From: Gemmatimonadota bacterium
Lineage (GTDB): Bacteria > Gemmatimonadota > Gemmatimonadetes > Palauibacterales > Palauibacteraceae
Reading direction: 5' to 3'
Assembly: GCA_046758745.1 (NCBI GenBank)
Contig: JBHIAV010000008.1
Location: 1-64,000 of the forward strand
DNA: 64,000 nt
Made by a program: the position numbers and the translations under genes. Below the pieces are notes generated by a model that worked only from the letters and a program-made list of their open reading frames with translations, did no database searches and was not told the origin of the DNA. Positions 28,311-39,109 of this stretch are shown here, piece by piece (the stretch's first letter is position 1; every line of letters begins with the position of its first letter).

Positions 28311-29777
28311 ATGTCGCTGCTGGAGTCGGCCTACGGCCTCGGGATGACTGCCGCCCGTCCGCTGCTTCCCGCGCTGGGAGCGCTCTCACCCTCGCTCGCG
28401 CGAGCGGCGGCCGGCCACCGCGTGGCCCTCGCCGAGCTCCGCCGGTGGTGCGCGGCCGAGCGGCGTGAGGGTTGGCCGCTCGTGTGGTTGCACGGCGCTT
28501 CCGTCGGGGAGCTCATCGGGGCGGTCCCCATCGTGGAGCTGCTCCGGAGGGAGTCGGAGCCGCCCGACGCGCCTGCGGCGCGGGAGGGCGCTGCGGCGGC
28601 CCGGCCCGCCACCTCCGGGCGTCCGGGGCGACGGGGCGGGCGGCTGTTTCAGCTCGTGGTGACCTACTTCTCGCCGTCCGGGGAAGGGGGCGCCGCGGCT
28701 CTGCTGCCCGATCACGCCGGCTATCTTCCGCTCGACACCCTGCGAGAGACGGGAGCGTCCATCGACGCGCTCCGACCGGCCGTGATCGTGTTCGCGAAGC
28801 TGGACGTGTGGCCCAATCTGACCCGAGCGGCCGCTCGTAGAGGCGTCCCGCTCGCCCTGGTGAACGCGACTGTGCGCCCGGGGAGCTCGCGCCTCTCGCC
28901 GCTGGCCCGGCGCTTCCTGCAGCCTGCGTATGGCCGGCTGACCCGCGTCGGGGCGGTCTCCTCCGAGGATGCGGAGCGCCTCGTGTCGCTCGGAGTGCGA
29001 CGCGACGCGATCCGGGTGACCGGTGACGCGGCGTTCGATCGGGCCCTCGCAAGGGCCGAGCGCGCGCCGGCCAGTTCAGCGGCCCTCCGGATGCCTCCGC
29101 GTGAGCCGGACGTGCCGCGTCTGGTCGCCGGCTCCACGTGGCCGGCGGACGAGGAGGTGCTCCTTGACGCCGTCGCCGCCCTGAAAGCGTCGGGTCGACC
29201 GGTCGAGCTTGTCCTCGTGCCGCACCGACCCGAAGCCGCCGCGATCGCTCGCCTTGCCGGACGCTGCCGGAGGGCTCTCGGCGCCGCCCCCCGGCTTTGG
29301 ACGGCCCCGCCCGGCCCGGCACCGGGCGGATCGCCAGTCGCGGAGGACCCTCCCGGAGAGCGTCCGGCCGACGGCGCGGCCCCTCCCGCGGGCGGCGCGC
29401 CGGCCCCGCCGCCGCTCATCGTCGACGTGGTCGGCGTCCTCGCCGATCTGTACGCCGTAGCCGACATCGCATACGTGGGCGGGGGGTTCGGACACGCGGG
29501 ACTCCATTCGGTCATCGAGCCCGCCGCCGCCGGCCTGCCGGTGCTGGTGGGTCCCCGGCATGACCGGCGCGAGGCCGCCGCCCTCCTCGCGTGCGGTGGT
29601 GCAGTCGAGATCACGGCCGAGAACGCGCGCTCCGTCCTCGAGCACTTCGTGGAGGATGCGGCGGCGCGCCGCGCCGCCGGGAGAGAAGCGCGGGACTACG
29701 TGCTGGCGGGGGTGGGAGCCGCCTGGGCCGGGGCCGAGATCATCACGGAAATTCTGACGTGGGCGGACGACCGGTGA
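28311..29777 (+). CDS. waaA: 3-deoxy-D-manno-octulosonic acid (Kdo) transferase
   Basis: Motifs WLHGASVGE, YLPLD, WPN, AGSTW..DE and YVGGGF...HSVIEPA. Confidence 0.9.
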   Translation: MSLLESAYGLGMTAARPLLPALGALSPSLARAAAGHRVALAELRRWCAAERREGWPLVWLHGASVGELIGAVPIVELLRRESEPPDAPAAREGAAAARPATSGRPGRRGGRLFQLVVTYFSPSGEGGAAALLPDHAGYLPLDTLRETGASIDALRPAVIVFAKLDVWPNLTRAAARRGVPLALVNATVRPGSSRLSPLARRFLQPAYGRLTRVGAVSSEDAERLVSLGVRRDAIRVTGDAAFDRALARAERAPASSAALRMPPREPDVPRLVAGSTWPADEEVLLDAVAALKASGRPVELVLVPHRPEAAAIARLAGRCRRALGAAPRLWTAPPGPAPGGSPVAEDPPGERPADGAAPPAGGAPAPPPLIVDVVGVLADLYAVADIAYVGGGFGHAGLHSVIEPAAAGLPVLVGPRHDRREAAALLACGGAVEITAENARSVLEHFVEDAAARRAAGREARDYVLAGVGAAWAGAEIITEILTWADDR

Positions 29778-29982
29778 GGCGCGGTCTGGGGCCGAGATTG
29801 TACCAGAGGAGGATGCCGATGATCGGGCAAAGGATGACGATGACGCTCCACCACGCTTTCTCCCGCTTCGCTGCGCGGGAAGAGAGGATCATCCCGATGG
29901 CCCAGACATCCAGGAGGAGGAGGAAGACGACGAGGGCCACGCGCATGTCGATCCCGGCCGCCGCTCGGAAGAGCCGGCTCAT
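29743..29982 (-). CDS. Small membrane protein, PLDc N-terminal-like domain
   Basis: Two TM segments with the pattern EKAWWSVIVILCPIIGILLWY.LG. ATGA overlap with the ABC gene. Confidence 0.7.
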   Translation of the reverse strand: MSRLFRAAAGIDMRVALVVFLLLLDVWAIGMILSSRAAKREKAWWSVIVILCPIIGILLWYNLGPRPRLTGRPPTSEFP

Positions 29983-31817
29983 GCGGCGGTCGCCTGGAAC
30001 TGGAGCCGATACAGGCGGGCGTACAGGCCGCCCATCTCCAACAGCTCGGTGTGCGTTCCCGTCTCACGGATCTCCCCGCGATGCAGCACGAGGATCCGGT
30101 GGGCGTTCTGGATCGTCGACAGGCGGTGCGCGACGACGAGGCTCGTGCGACCCTTCATCAGCTCGTCCAGCGCCCGCTCGATCTGTCCCTCGATCTCCGA
30201 GTCCACGGAGCTGGTCGCCTCGTCGAGGAGGAGAATCCTCGGGTCGCCCGCCAGAGCGCGCGCGAAGCTGACCAGCTGCCGCTCCCCGACGCTGAGGCTG
30301 CTTCCCCTCTCACCCAAGGCTTGGGAGAAGCCCTCGGGCAGCCGCTCGATGTACCGCTCCACCCCGACGCGGCGGGCCGCCCGGCGGACCCGCTCGTCGG
30401 TGACGTGCGGCCGATCCATCGAGATGTTCTGCCCCGCGCTGCCCGAGAAGAGGTAGATGTCCTGCAGGACGAGGCCCATCACGGAACGGAGCTCGGGCAC
30501 CGGGAGCGAGCGGATGTCGATCCCGTCGAGGAGGATCCGTCCGCGCTGTGGCTCGTAGAAGCGCATCAGCAGGTTGATGATCGTGGTCTTGCCGGCACCG
30601 GTGGCCCCGACGATGGCCACGCGCCGGCCCGGCTCGACCGTGAAGCTCACGCCGCGCAGCACCCACTCGGGCTGCTCGGCGGAGTCGTCGCTCGCCCTGG
30701 AGCCATCCCGCTTCGGTACGTCGTAGTGGAACCACACGTCCTCGAAATCGATCCGTCCCCGGACGTCTGGACCCACGTGGACCGGGGTGGCCGGATCGCT
30801 AATCGACGGCTCTTCGTCGAGGAGGCGGAAGATTCGCTCCGAGCTCGCCATCGCGCCCTGCAGGATGTTGTACTTCTCGGAGAGGTCCTGGATGGGCCGG
30901 AAGAACCGTCTGGCGTACTGCAGAAAGGCGGCGATCACGCCGATGGTCAGCGTGCCGCGCAACGCCGCGTTGCCACCGTACCAGATGATGAGCGCCAGCG
31001 CGATGGCGGCCAGGAGCTCGATGACCGGGAAGAAGAGGGCGTAGTACGTGATGGACCGCAGGTGCGCCCGCAGATGGTCGTCGTTGATGTCACGGAAGCG
31101 CCGGTCAGTCGCGGCTTCCTGCCCGAAGAGATGCACCACGGACATGCCGCTGATTCGCTCCTGCAGGAAGGCGTTGATCCGGGCGAGGCGTACCCGGATG
31201 TCGCGATACGCTCGGCGCACGCGGGAACGGAACATCCACGCGGCGAGGAAGACGAGCGGCAGGACCGTGAAGGTGACGAGCGCCAGCCGCCAATCCAGGG
31301 CGAGCATGGCGGCCACGATGAAGATGACGGTGAAGATGTCCCCGAACACCGACACCACCCCCGCCGTGAACATCTCGTTCAGGACCTCCACGTCGCTGGT
31401 CACCCGCGTCATCAGTCGCCCGACGGGATTGCGATCGAAGAACGCAAGGCTGAGCTGCTGCAGATGCGAGAAGATCCGATTTCGCAGGTCGAGCATCACC
31501 TTCTGCCCGATCCACGTCGTGAGGAGGGTACGCGCGTATTCGAGCCCGGCCGCCAGGACCATCGAGCCGGCGTAGGCGAGCCCCAGGACACCCAGAAACG
31601 AGAGGTCAGCGGCCGGGATCGCCCGGTCGATGGCGATCTTCGTGAGCCATGGGCCGACCAGCTCCACGGCGGATGCCGCGATGAGCATCACGATCGCGGC
31701 GACGACGTGCCAGCGGTACGGCCGGAGGTACGCGAGGAGGCGGCGCATCAGTCGTGCGTCGTACGCCTTCCCCAGCGCCTCCTCCTCGTGGATCGGCCCT
31801 TCGGGCGCGATGTTCAG
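29979..31817 (-). CDS. ABC exporter, fused permease/ATPase (MdlB-like half)
   Basis: Motifs GKAYDARLMRRL, PVGRLMTRVTSD, GATGAGKTT, LSVGERQL and LDEATS. The start is either CTG 31817 (strong SD) or TTG 31919. Confidence 0.9.
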   Translation of the reverse strand: MNIAPEGPIHEEEALGKAYDARLMRRLLAYLRPYRWHVVAAIVMLIAASAVELVGPWLTKIAIDRAIPAADLSFLGVLGLAYAGSMVLAAGLEYARTLLTTWIGQKVMLDLRNRIFSHLQQLSLAFFDRNPVGRLMTRVTSDVEVLNEMFTAGVVSVFGDIFTVIFIVAAMLALDWRLALVTFTVLPLVFLAAWMFRSRVRRAYRDIRVRLARINAFLQERISGMSVVHLFGQEAATDRRFRDINDDHLRAHLRSITYYALFFPVIELLAAIALALIIWYGGNAALRGTLTIGVIAAFLQYARRFFRPIQDLSEKYNILQGAMASSERIFRLLDEEPSISDPATPVHVGPDVRGRIDFEDVWFHYDVPKRDGSRASDDSAEQPEWVLRGVSFTVEPGRRVAIVGATGAGKTTIINLLMRFYEPQRGRILLDGIDIRSLPVPELRSVMGLVLQDIYLFSGSAGQNISMDRPHVTDERVRRAARRVGVERYIERLPEGFSQALGERGSSLSVGERQLVSFARALAGDPRILLLDEATSSVDSEIEGQIERALDELMKGRTSLVVAHRLSTIQNAHRILVLHRGEIRETGTHTELLEMGGLYARLYRLQFQATAA

Positions 31818-32137
31818 TGGTCCGTGCCTCCTTCGAGCGTATGCATCCTCTCCCCCTGCGGACCCGGCCGCCGCCGACCAGAGCGATCGATCCGGTGGCT
31901 CGGATCGGTTGGACCGCAACCGGGCGGGATCCCCCGACGGCAGCTCGCATCAATCGAACCGCGCGCGGACAGATGGCGGCCCCCGCCGGGCGAGTGACGC
32001 CAAAAGATACCGGGGCTCCGGGGTCCGTTCCACTCCATGCACGGCGGATCGACGCCGGGACCGCGGCGCGATCCTCCGCGCCCGGCCGCGCTTCGTCCCG
32101 ACTCGTCATCCACCGCGCGCTCGGGTAGACTGAGGGC

Positions 32138-35100
32138 ATGAAGGCGGTGATCCGCGTCCGAGGCGCCCGACAGAACAACCTGAAAGGGATCGACCTCTCG
32201 ATCCCCCGGCGGGCGCTCACCGTTCTCACCGGCCCTTCCGGCTCCGGGAAGTCGAGCCTAGCGTTCGACACCATCTACGCGGAGGGCCAACGCCGCTACA
32301 TCGAGTCCCTCTCGACCTACGCGAAGCAATTCCTGGAGCGGATGCGGAAGCCGGCCGTGGAGTGGATCGACGGCGTGAGCCCATCCGTTGCCATCGACCA
32401 GCGGAACACGATCCATTCGAGCCGTTCCACCGTCGGCACGGTGACCGAGGCGTACGACTACATGCGCGTGCTGTGGGCACGCGTCGGGCACACGATCTGC
32501 CCCGAATGCGGCGTGCGCGTCCTTCCCGACACCGTTCAGTCCGCCGCAGACCGGCTGCTCGAGCTGGAGCGGGGCACCCGGCTGTACGTGACCTTCCCCC
32601 TTCGATTGAGCGCCGAGATCACACACGCGGTGACCGTGGCGAACCTGCGCTCGCAGGGATACCTGCGGGTGCTCGCCGACGGACGGGAGTGGCACCTCGA
32701 CGACCTGGAGAAGGCCGCCGGGGCGTCCGTGCCGACCGAAGATCCGCAGGCGCGGGTCACCGCGCTCTCCGCCGGTCGGGCAACGGGCGGCGGGCGCGGC
32801 GCCGCGGCCGGGGGGAGAAGGCGCCGGGAGAGCCGAGCCCGGCCGGCACCGGACCTCACGCGGGCGAAGGAGCTGCTCGTCGTCAGCGACCGACTCGCGG
32901 TGGACGCGGACGACCGGGAGCGGCTGACCGACTCCCTGGCGGCGGCCTTCGCTGAGGGGGAGGGTCACGCCGTAGTCGTCCGCGCGGAGCTGGACGAGAA
33001 CGGCGAGGCGCGGATCACCGAGCGCTTCTCCTTCACCGAGTCGTTCCGCTGCTCCGGATGCGGCCGGGACTTTCCGGAGCCGAGGCCCGTGCTGTTCAGC
33101 TTCAACCATCCCACCGGGGCGTGCCCCCGGTGCAACGGCTTCGGCGCCACGCTGGAGTACGACGTCGATCTGATCGTCCCCGATCAGGGAAGGTCCCTCG
33201 CCGATGGGGCCCTCGATCCGTTGGAGAAGCCTCGCTACCATCGGGAGCGGGCCGCGCTTCGCCGCTTCGCGGTTGCGCGCGGCATCGATGTCGAGGCGCC
33301 GTGGCGGGAGCTTCCCGAGGCGGTTCGGGAGGAGCTGCTCCACGGGAGCGACGACTTCCTCGGCGTCCTTCCCTTCCTGCGCTCCCGGGAGCGCAAACGT
33401 TACAAGCGGTACATCCGTGTCTTCCTACGCCAGTATCAACGACCGCGCACGTGTCCCCGCTGCGGCGGCGCCCGGCTGCGCCGCGAGGCGCTCGACGTCC
33501 GGGTCGGAGGACTCACCATCTCGGAGGCGACGGCCCTCACGGTCGACGCTTTCGGTCCCTGGCTGGCCTCGCTCGAGCTGGCTCCGTTCGAGGAGAAGGT
33601 GGCCGCTACGGTCCTGCGCGAGCTTCGCGACCGGATCTCTTTTCTCGAGCGGGTCGGGCTCGGCTACCTGACGCTCGACCGCGTGGCCCGCACCCTCTCC
33701 GGCGGCGAGATGCAGCGGATCCGCCTCGCGAGCAGCCTGGGCAGTCACCTCGTCGACACCCTGTACGTGCTGGACGAGCCGACGATCGGCCTCCACGCGC
33801 GCGATGTCGACCGGTTCCTGAACGTGCTGGAGGAGCTGCGGGACCGGGGAAACACGGTTCTGGTGGTGGAGCACGAGACGGCGGTCCTGCGTCGGGCCGA
33901 CCGGATCGTGGAACTCGGCCCCGGCTCCGGGGAGAAGGGTGGGGAGGTGGTGTTCGAGGGCAGGTGGGAGGAGCTGGTTCGTTCCGACACGGCGACCGGG
34001 CGGGCGCTGGCCTCCGTGGGCGCGGCCGCCCCACCGGGGCCCGCCCGGCGACGGCGAGGATCCGGTGACAACCGCCGCAGGGCCGGTGGCGGCGCCTCGG
34101 TGCCGCGCGGGTTGACGGGCGCCTGGCAGGGGGGGGCGGTGCTTCGCCTGCGCGGGGCACGTCTCCACAACCTGCGCGGGGTGGACGTCGAGATCCCGCT
34201 TCGGACCCTCACCGCGGTCACCGGCGTCTCGGGATCCGGGAAGTCGACGCTGGTGCACGACGTCCTCTATCGCGGGCTCGAGCGGGCGCTCCGGGGGGAG
34301 ACCACGGCGAAGGAGCACCTCGGCGAGCAGACGGGGAGGTACGACGCGATCGACGGACTGGGCGCGCTCGACGACGTGGTGTTGGTGGACCAGAGTCCGA
34401 TCGGCCGAACTCCGCGCTCGAACCCGGTCACCTACATCAAGGCGTTCGACGAGATCCGCCGGCTGTTCGCCGAGCAGCCGCTCGCCCGACGCCGCCGGTA
34501 CGAGCCACGCCACTTCAGCTTCAACGTCGAGGGGGGCCGCTGCGAGGAGTGCAAGGGAGCGGGAATCGAGCTGATCGAGATGGTGTTCATGGCCGACATC
34601 TCGGTCCCCTGCGACGCGTGCGGTGGGAAGCGCTTCCGGCCGGAAATACTCGAGGTGCGCTACCGAGGGCTGAACATCGACGAGGTGCTGCAGCTCACCG
34701 TGGACGAGGCGATCCGCTTCTTCATACGCCGGGACCGCCTCGGCGAAGCGCTGTGGCAGCTCCAGCGGGTGGGGCTCGGCTATCTCCGGCTCGGGCAGCC
34801 CGCCACCACCCTCTCCGGGGGCGAGGCTCAGCGGCTCAAGATCGCCCGCGAGCTCTCCCGGATGGTCGGTGCCGGGCGTCGCCTCTACATGCTGGACGAG
34901 CCCACGGTGGGGCTCGGGCTCGGGGAGATCGGCAGGCTGGTCGATGTGCTCCGGCAGCTCGTGACGGCGGGGAACACGGTTGTGGTGATCGAGCACAACC
35001 TGGAGGTGATTCGGCGCGCCGACTGGGTGATCGACCTCGGTCCGGAGGCGGCGGAGCGGGGGGGCAGGGTGGTCGCCGTCGGGACCCCCGCTGACATCAT

Positions 35101-35194
35101 GGCGGCGACGGGATCGCACACCGGAGCGTACCTCCGGCGGTATCTCGAAGGTCACGAGACCAGCGCCGCGGCCGGAGCGGCGCCAGCGGGTTGA
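32138..35194 (+). CDS. uvrA: Excinuclease ABC subunit A family protein
   Basis: GARQNNLK, two ABC modules (GPSGSGKSS and GVSGSGKST; LSGGEMQR and LSGGEAQR) and several CxxC zinc modules. It may be a paralog rather than the main uvrA. Confidence 0.9.
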   Translation: MKAVIRVRGARQNNLKGIDLSIPRRALTVLTGPSGSGKSSLAFDTIYAEGQRRYIESLSTYAKQFLERMRKPAVEWIDGVSPSVAIDQRNTIHSSRSTVGTVTEAYDYMRVLWARVGHTICPECGVRVLPDTVQSAADRLLELERGTRLYVTFPLRLSAEITHAVTVANLRSQGYLRVLADGREWHLDDLEKAAGASVPTEDPQARVTALSAGRATGGGRGAAAGGRRRRESRARPAPDLTRAKELLVVSDRLAVDADDRERLTDSLAAAFAEGEGHAVVVRAELDENGEARITERFSFTESFRCSGCGRDFPEPRPVLFSFNHPTGACPRCNGFGATLEYDVDLIVPDQGRSLADGALDPLEKPRYHRERAALRRFAVARGIDVEAPWRELPEAVREELLHGSDDFLGVLPFLRSRERKRYKRYIRVFLRQYQRPRTCPRCGGARLRREALDVRVGGLTISEATALTVDAFGPWLASLELAPFEEKVAATVLRELRDRISFLERVGLGYLTLDRVARTLSGGEMQRIRLASSLGSHLVDTLYVLDEPTIGLHARDVDRFLNVLEELRDRGNTVLVVEHETAVLRRADRIVELGPGSGEKGGEVVFEGRWEELVRSDTATGRALASVGAAAPPGPARRRRGSGDNRRRAGGGASVPRGLTGAWQGGAVLRLRGARLHNLRGVDVEIPLRTLTAVTGVSGSGKSTLVHDVLYRGLERALRGETTAKEHLGEQTGRYDAIDGLGALDDVVLVDQSPIGRTPRSNPVTYIKAFDEIRRLFAEQPLARRRRYEPRHFSFNVEGGRCEECKGAGIELIEMVFMADISVPCDACGGKRFRPEILEVRYRGLNIDEVLQLTVDEAIRFFIRRDRLGEALWQLQRVGLGYLRLGQPATTLSGGEAQRLKIARELSRMVGAGRRLYMLDEPTVGLGLGEIGRLVDVLRQLVTAGNTVVVIEHNLEVIRRADWVIDLGPEAAERGGRVVAVGTPADIMAATGSHTGAYLRRYLEGHETSAAAGAAPAG

Positions 35195-36207
35195 ACGGAG
35201 CCGATCCCGGCGTCTCCGTCCTCCTGCCGTGCCGCGACGCGGCCGTGACCCTACCCGACTGCATCGCCAGTTTGCGGGCGCAGACCTTCAGCAACTTCGA
35301 GGTGGTGGCCGTGGATGACGGCTCCACCGATGCGACGCCCGCCCTCCTCGCCGAGTGGGCGGAGCGAGACGGGCGCGTGCGGGTGATGGACGGGGCCGGC
35401 CGGGGGCTGGTGCCCGCCCTCCGCCTGGCCGCTGCGAATGCGCTGGCCCCCCTGCTGGCCCGCATGGACGCGGACGACATCGCGCACCCGGAGCGGTTGG
35501 ACCGACAGAAGGAGCTCCTCACGCGGAGATCGGAGCTGGCGGCATGCGGCACGGGCGTCGCCCTGTTCCCCCGGGAAGCGCTCCGCTCGGGCTACCGAAG
35601 GTACGAGGAGTGGCTCAATTCCCTCCGCACCCCCGGCGAGCTGCTGCGCGACCTCTTCGTGGAGTGCCCGATCGCGCACCCGACGCTGATGATCCGGGCC
35701 TCCGCGCTCCGGGGTCTCGGTGGGTACCGAGACATGGGCTGGCCGGAGGACTATGATCTGATTCTCCGGCTGCACCTGGCGGGGATGCGGGCCGCCAACG
35801 TCGAGGGCTGCCTGGTCCGCTGGCGCGTCACTCCCGGTCGGGCTTCGACCAGCTCTCCATCGTACGGGCCGGCGGCGTTCCGCCGGTGCAAGGTCCATTT
35901 CCTCCGCCATGGCGTGCTGCCGACCCGACGTCCCCTGGTGGTGTGGGGTGCCGGCAGAGTAGGGAAGGCTTTCGCCCGCGAGCTTCTCCGACAGGGCCTC
36001 CCGGTGTCGGCGTTCGTGGACCTCGATCGGCGGAAGATCGGGCAGATGATCCATGGCGCCCCGGTGCTCGACCCGGCGGGCTTCGCTCCGCGGCGGGAGG
36101 CGTTCGTGCTCGTCGCCGTCGGCTCCCCGGGAGCGCGCGACGAGATCCGGCTCGCTCTCAACGCGCTCGGACGCCGGGAGCTTGAGGACTTTCGAGTCGT
36201 CGCTTGA
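35191..36207 (+). CDS. GT2 family glycosyltransferase with C-terminal Rossmann-like domain
   Basis: Motifs VDDGSTD, RMDADD, HPT and EDYDL, with C-terminal WGAGRVG. TTGA overlap with uvrA. Confidence 0.85.
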   Translation: MNGADPGVSVLLPCRDAAVTLPDCIASLRAQTFSNFEVVAVDDGSTDATPALLAEWAERDGRVRVMDGAGRGLVPALRLAAANALAPLLARMDADDIAHPERLDRQKELLTRRSELAACGTGVALFPREALRSGYRRYEEWLNSLRTPGELLRDLFVECPIAHPTLMIRASALRGLGGYRDMGWPEDYDLILRLHLAGMRAANVEGCLVRWRVTPGRASTSSPSYGPAAFRRCKVHFLRHGVLPTRRPLVVWGAGRVGKAFARELLRQGLPVSAFVDLDRRKIGQMIHGAPVLDPAGFAPRREAFVLVAVGSPGARDEIRLALNALGRRELEDFRVVA

Positions 36208-36592
36208 CCGCTCGAGATCTGCAACCGGACCGGGGCGGGCCCAAGCGCTGTGCACGGCGCGTCGGCGTCCCGGTGGGCTCCTCTCGCCGTCATCTCCGGC
36301 GGTGGGGCGAGCGAGCGCGCCCTCGGCGGGGCGGGAGCGCGTCTCCGCAGTTGGGCGGGCGAGCGCCCCAACGGCTCTGCCGAAGGGGTGCATGGGCCGT
36401 CGCGCCGGGGCTTTTTTCAGGCTAAATTTATTCGGTGGGCTGAGGTCCGACGTGACCCCATCCAGCCAGTCCCGCCGGCCCGCGAAGAACCTGTCCGCGA
36501 GGCGCTGAAGCCGTCGGATCCCCGGCGGTCACCCGTGCCCCGGTTGGCGGCCGCGAGTCACCGCCGTACTGGCGTAACGGTTGCGGAAGAGC

Positions 36593-39109
36593 ATGGAGAC
36601 GATCGACAGAAACGAGCGCGTACAGCCGCGCCTGCTGGAAGACGAGATGCGCGAGTCGTTCATCGACTACTCGATGAGCGTGATCGTGCAGCGCGCCCTC
36701 CCGGATGTCCGGGATGGGCTCAAACCGGTGCACCGGCGGATCCTGTATGCGATGCAGGAGGCCGGGCTCCTCCCCAACCGACCGTACAAGAAGAGCGCCA
36801 CCGTCGTGGGCGACGTGCTCGGGAAGTACCACCCGCACGGCGATGCCGCCGTGTACGACTCGCTGGTCCGCATGGTACAGGGCTTCTCGCTCCGCTATCC
36901 GCTGATCGACGGGCAGGGGAACTTCGGCTCCGTCGACGGGGACAGCGCGGCCGCGTACCGGTACACCGAGACGCGCCTGGCCCCCGTGGCAACGGAGATG
37001 CTGGCGGACATCGACAAGGAGACGGTCGACTTCGTACCCAACTTCGACGACCGGCTGCAAGAGCCGACGGTGCTCCCGGCGCGGCTCCCCAACCTGCTGG
37101 TCAACGGGTCCTCCGGAATCGCCGTCGGGATGGCGACGAACATCCCCCCGCACAACCTGCCCGAGGTGGTGGCCGCCTGTCAGCGACTCATCGACGACCC
37201 GGACGTGACTCTGGATGACCTGCTGCAGGAGGTCCGGGGTCCCGATTTTCCCACCGGAGGTCTCGTGTACGGGGAGGGCGGGATCACGGAAGCCTACCGG
37301 AGTGGGCGCGGGCGCGTCGTCATGCGGGCGAGGGCGCACATCGAGGAGCGTGAGCGCGGCGGCGAGCGGATCGTCGTCACGGAGATCCCGTTCATGGTCA
37401 ACAAGTCGCGGCTGATCGAGCAGATCGCTCAACTCGTACGCGATCGCAGAATCGATGGCATCTCGGATCTGCGCGATGAGTCGGACCGTGACGGGATCCG
37501 CCTCGTGATCGAGCTGAAGCGGGATGCCATCCCAAACATCGTGCTCAACCAGCTGTACCGGCACACCCAGATGCAGTCGACGTTCGGGGTGATCATGCTC
37601 GCCCTCGTCGGCGGCGTGCCGCAGGTGATGGATCTGAAGGCTGTCCTGCGGCACTTCCTGGACCATCGTCACGACGTGGTGGTCCGCCGGAGCGAGTTCG
37701 ACCTGCGGGTCGCCCGCGACCGCGAGCACGTCCTGGAGGGACTCAAAGTCGCCGTCGACAACATCGACGAAGTGATCGCGATCATCCGCGGCTCGAAGGA
37801 CACGGAGCAGGCCGGGGCGCGGCTGCGCGATCGCTTCGAGCTCACGGAGCGGCAGGCCGAGGCGATCCTGAACATGCGCCTCGCCCGCCTCACCGGCCTC
37901 GAGGTCGAGAAGCTGGAGGAGGAGCTGGCCGGGGTACGGGCGGAGGTGAAGCGGCTCGGCGAGATCCTCGGTTCGCGAGAGCTGCGGATGCGGATCATCC
38001 GAAACGAGCTGGGCGAGCTCGCCGAAAAATACGGCGACAAGCGCCGGACCGAGATCATACCCGACGTGGCCGACTTCAGATATGAGGACCTGATCGCCGA
38101 GCAACGAATGGTGATCACGGTCAGCCACGAGGGCTACGTGAAGCGCATCGCCCCCAACGTGTATCGGCAGCAGCGCCGGGGCGGGCGCGGCGTGGCGGGG
38201 ATGGACACGAAGGAGGAGGACTGGGTCCAGCACCTCTTCCTCGCCTCCACCCACGACTACCTGATGGTGTTCACGGCGGCCGGGCAGTGCTACTGGCTGA
38301 AGGTGCACGAGATCCCGCCCGGTGGCCGGACGGCTCGAGGCAAGCCGGTGGTGAACCTGCTCAACATCGGGTCGGCGGAGAAGATCGCGTCGATCGTCCC
38401 TGTGCGTGAGTTCGCCAGCGACAGCTACCTGGTCTTCGCCACGCGGGGCGGACTCGTGAAGAAGACGAGCCTCGCCGCCTATTCCAACATCCGGTCGTCC
38501 GGGATCAACGCGATCAGGGTCTTGGAAGGAGACAGGCTCATCGACGTCCGGCTTACCGACGGTGACAACGACATCATCTTGGCCACCCGCCGGGGGATGG
38601 CGATCCACTTCTCGGAGCGCGACGTGCGCGAGATGGGCCGGACGACGCAGGGAGTGCGGGGCATCAGCCTCGAGGCGGACGACGAGGTCGTTGGCATGGT
38701 CGCGCTGAAACGGAGTGGGAGCCTCCTCACCGCCACGGCGCGCGGGATGGGGAAGCGAAGCGCGGTGGAGGATTACCGCGTGCAGCGACGCGGCGGAAAG
38801 GGCCTCATCAACCTCAAAGTGACGGCGAGGACCGGTGAGGTCGTGGCCGTGAAGGAAGTGACTGACGAAGACGAGCTCATGCTTGTCACGCGTCAGGGGG
38901 TGGTAAACCGCCAGCACGCCCGCGAGATTCGGGTGATCGGCCGCAACACTCAGGGCGTGCGGCTGGTGGCCCTCGACGAGGGCGATGAGCTCGTCGATGT
39001 GGCCCGGGTGATTCTCGACGCGCCGGAGGAGGAGCCTGAGGCGGCCGGCGTCGCCTCAGCCTGCGGCTCGCCGGAGGAGGAACACGGCGGGAGCGAGGTC
39101 CCGGAGTGA
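36593..39109 (+). CDS. gyrA: DNA gyrase subunit A
   Basis: Motifs [29 protein letters not shown] (catalytic Tyr), the GyrA-box QRRGGRG and pinwheel repeats. Confidence 0.97.
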   Translation: METIDRNERVQPRLLEDEMRESFIDYSMSVIVQRALPDVRDGLKPVHRRILYAMQEAGLLPNRPYKKSATVVGDVLGKYHPHGDAAVYDSLVRMVQGFSLRYPLIDGQGNFGSVDGDSAAAYRYTETRLAPVATEMLADIDKETVDFVPNFDDRLQEPTVLPARLPNLLVNGSSGIAVGMATNIPPHNLPEVVAACQRLIDDPDVTLDDLLQEVRGPDFPTGGLVYGEGGITEAYRSGRGRVVMRARAHIEERERGGERIVVTEIPFMVNKSRLIEQIAQLVRDRRIDGISDLRDESDRDGIRLVIELKRDAIPNIVLNQLYRHTQMQSTFGVIMLALVGGVPQVMDLKAVLRHFLDHRHDVVVRRSEFDLRVARDREHVLEGLKVAVDNIDEVIAIIRGSKDTEQAGARLRDRFELTERQAEAILNMRLARLTGLEVEKLEEELAGVRAEVKRLGEILGSRELRMRIIRNELGELAEKYGDKRRTEIIPDVADFRYEDLIAEQRMVITVSHEGYVKRIAPNVYRQQRRGGRGVAGMDTKEEDWVQHLFLASTHDYLMVFTAAGQCYWLKVHEIPPGGRTARGKPVVNLLNIGSAEKIASIVPVREFASDSYLVFATRGGLVKKTSLAAYSNIRSSGINAIRVLEGDRLIDVRLTDGDNDIILATRRGMAIHFSERDVREMGRTTQGVRGISLEADDEVVGMVALKRSGSLLTATARGMGKRSAVEDYRVQRRGGKGLINLKVTARTGEVVAVKEVTDEDELMLVTRQGVVNRQHAREIRVIGRNTQGVRLVALDEGDELVDVARVILDAPEEEPEAAGVASACGSPEEEHGGSEVPE

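Noticed and set aside
36428-38917. Long antisense and alternate-frame ORFs (e.g. 36428-38917, 12323-15070, 30051-31997, 55898-57919, 39765-42110)
   Set aside because: They are shadow ORFs of real genes, expected at this GC content, and have no recognisable motifs.
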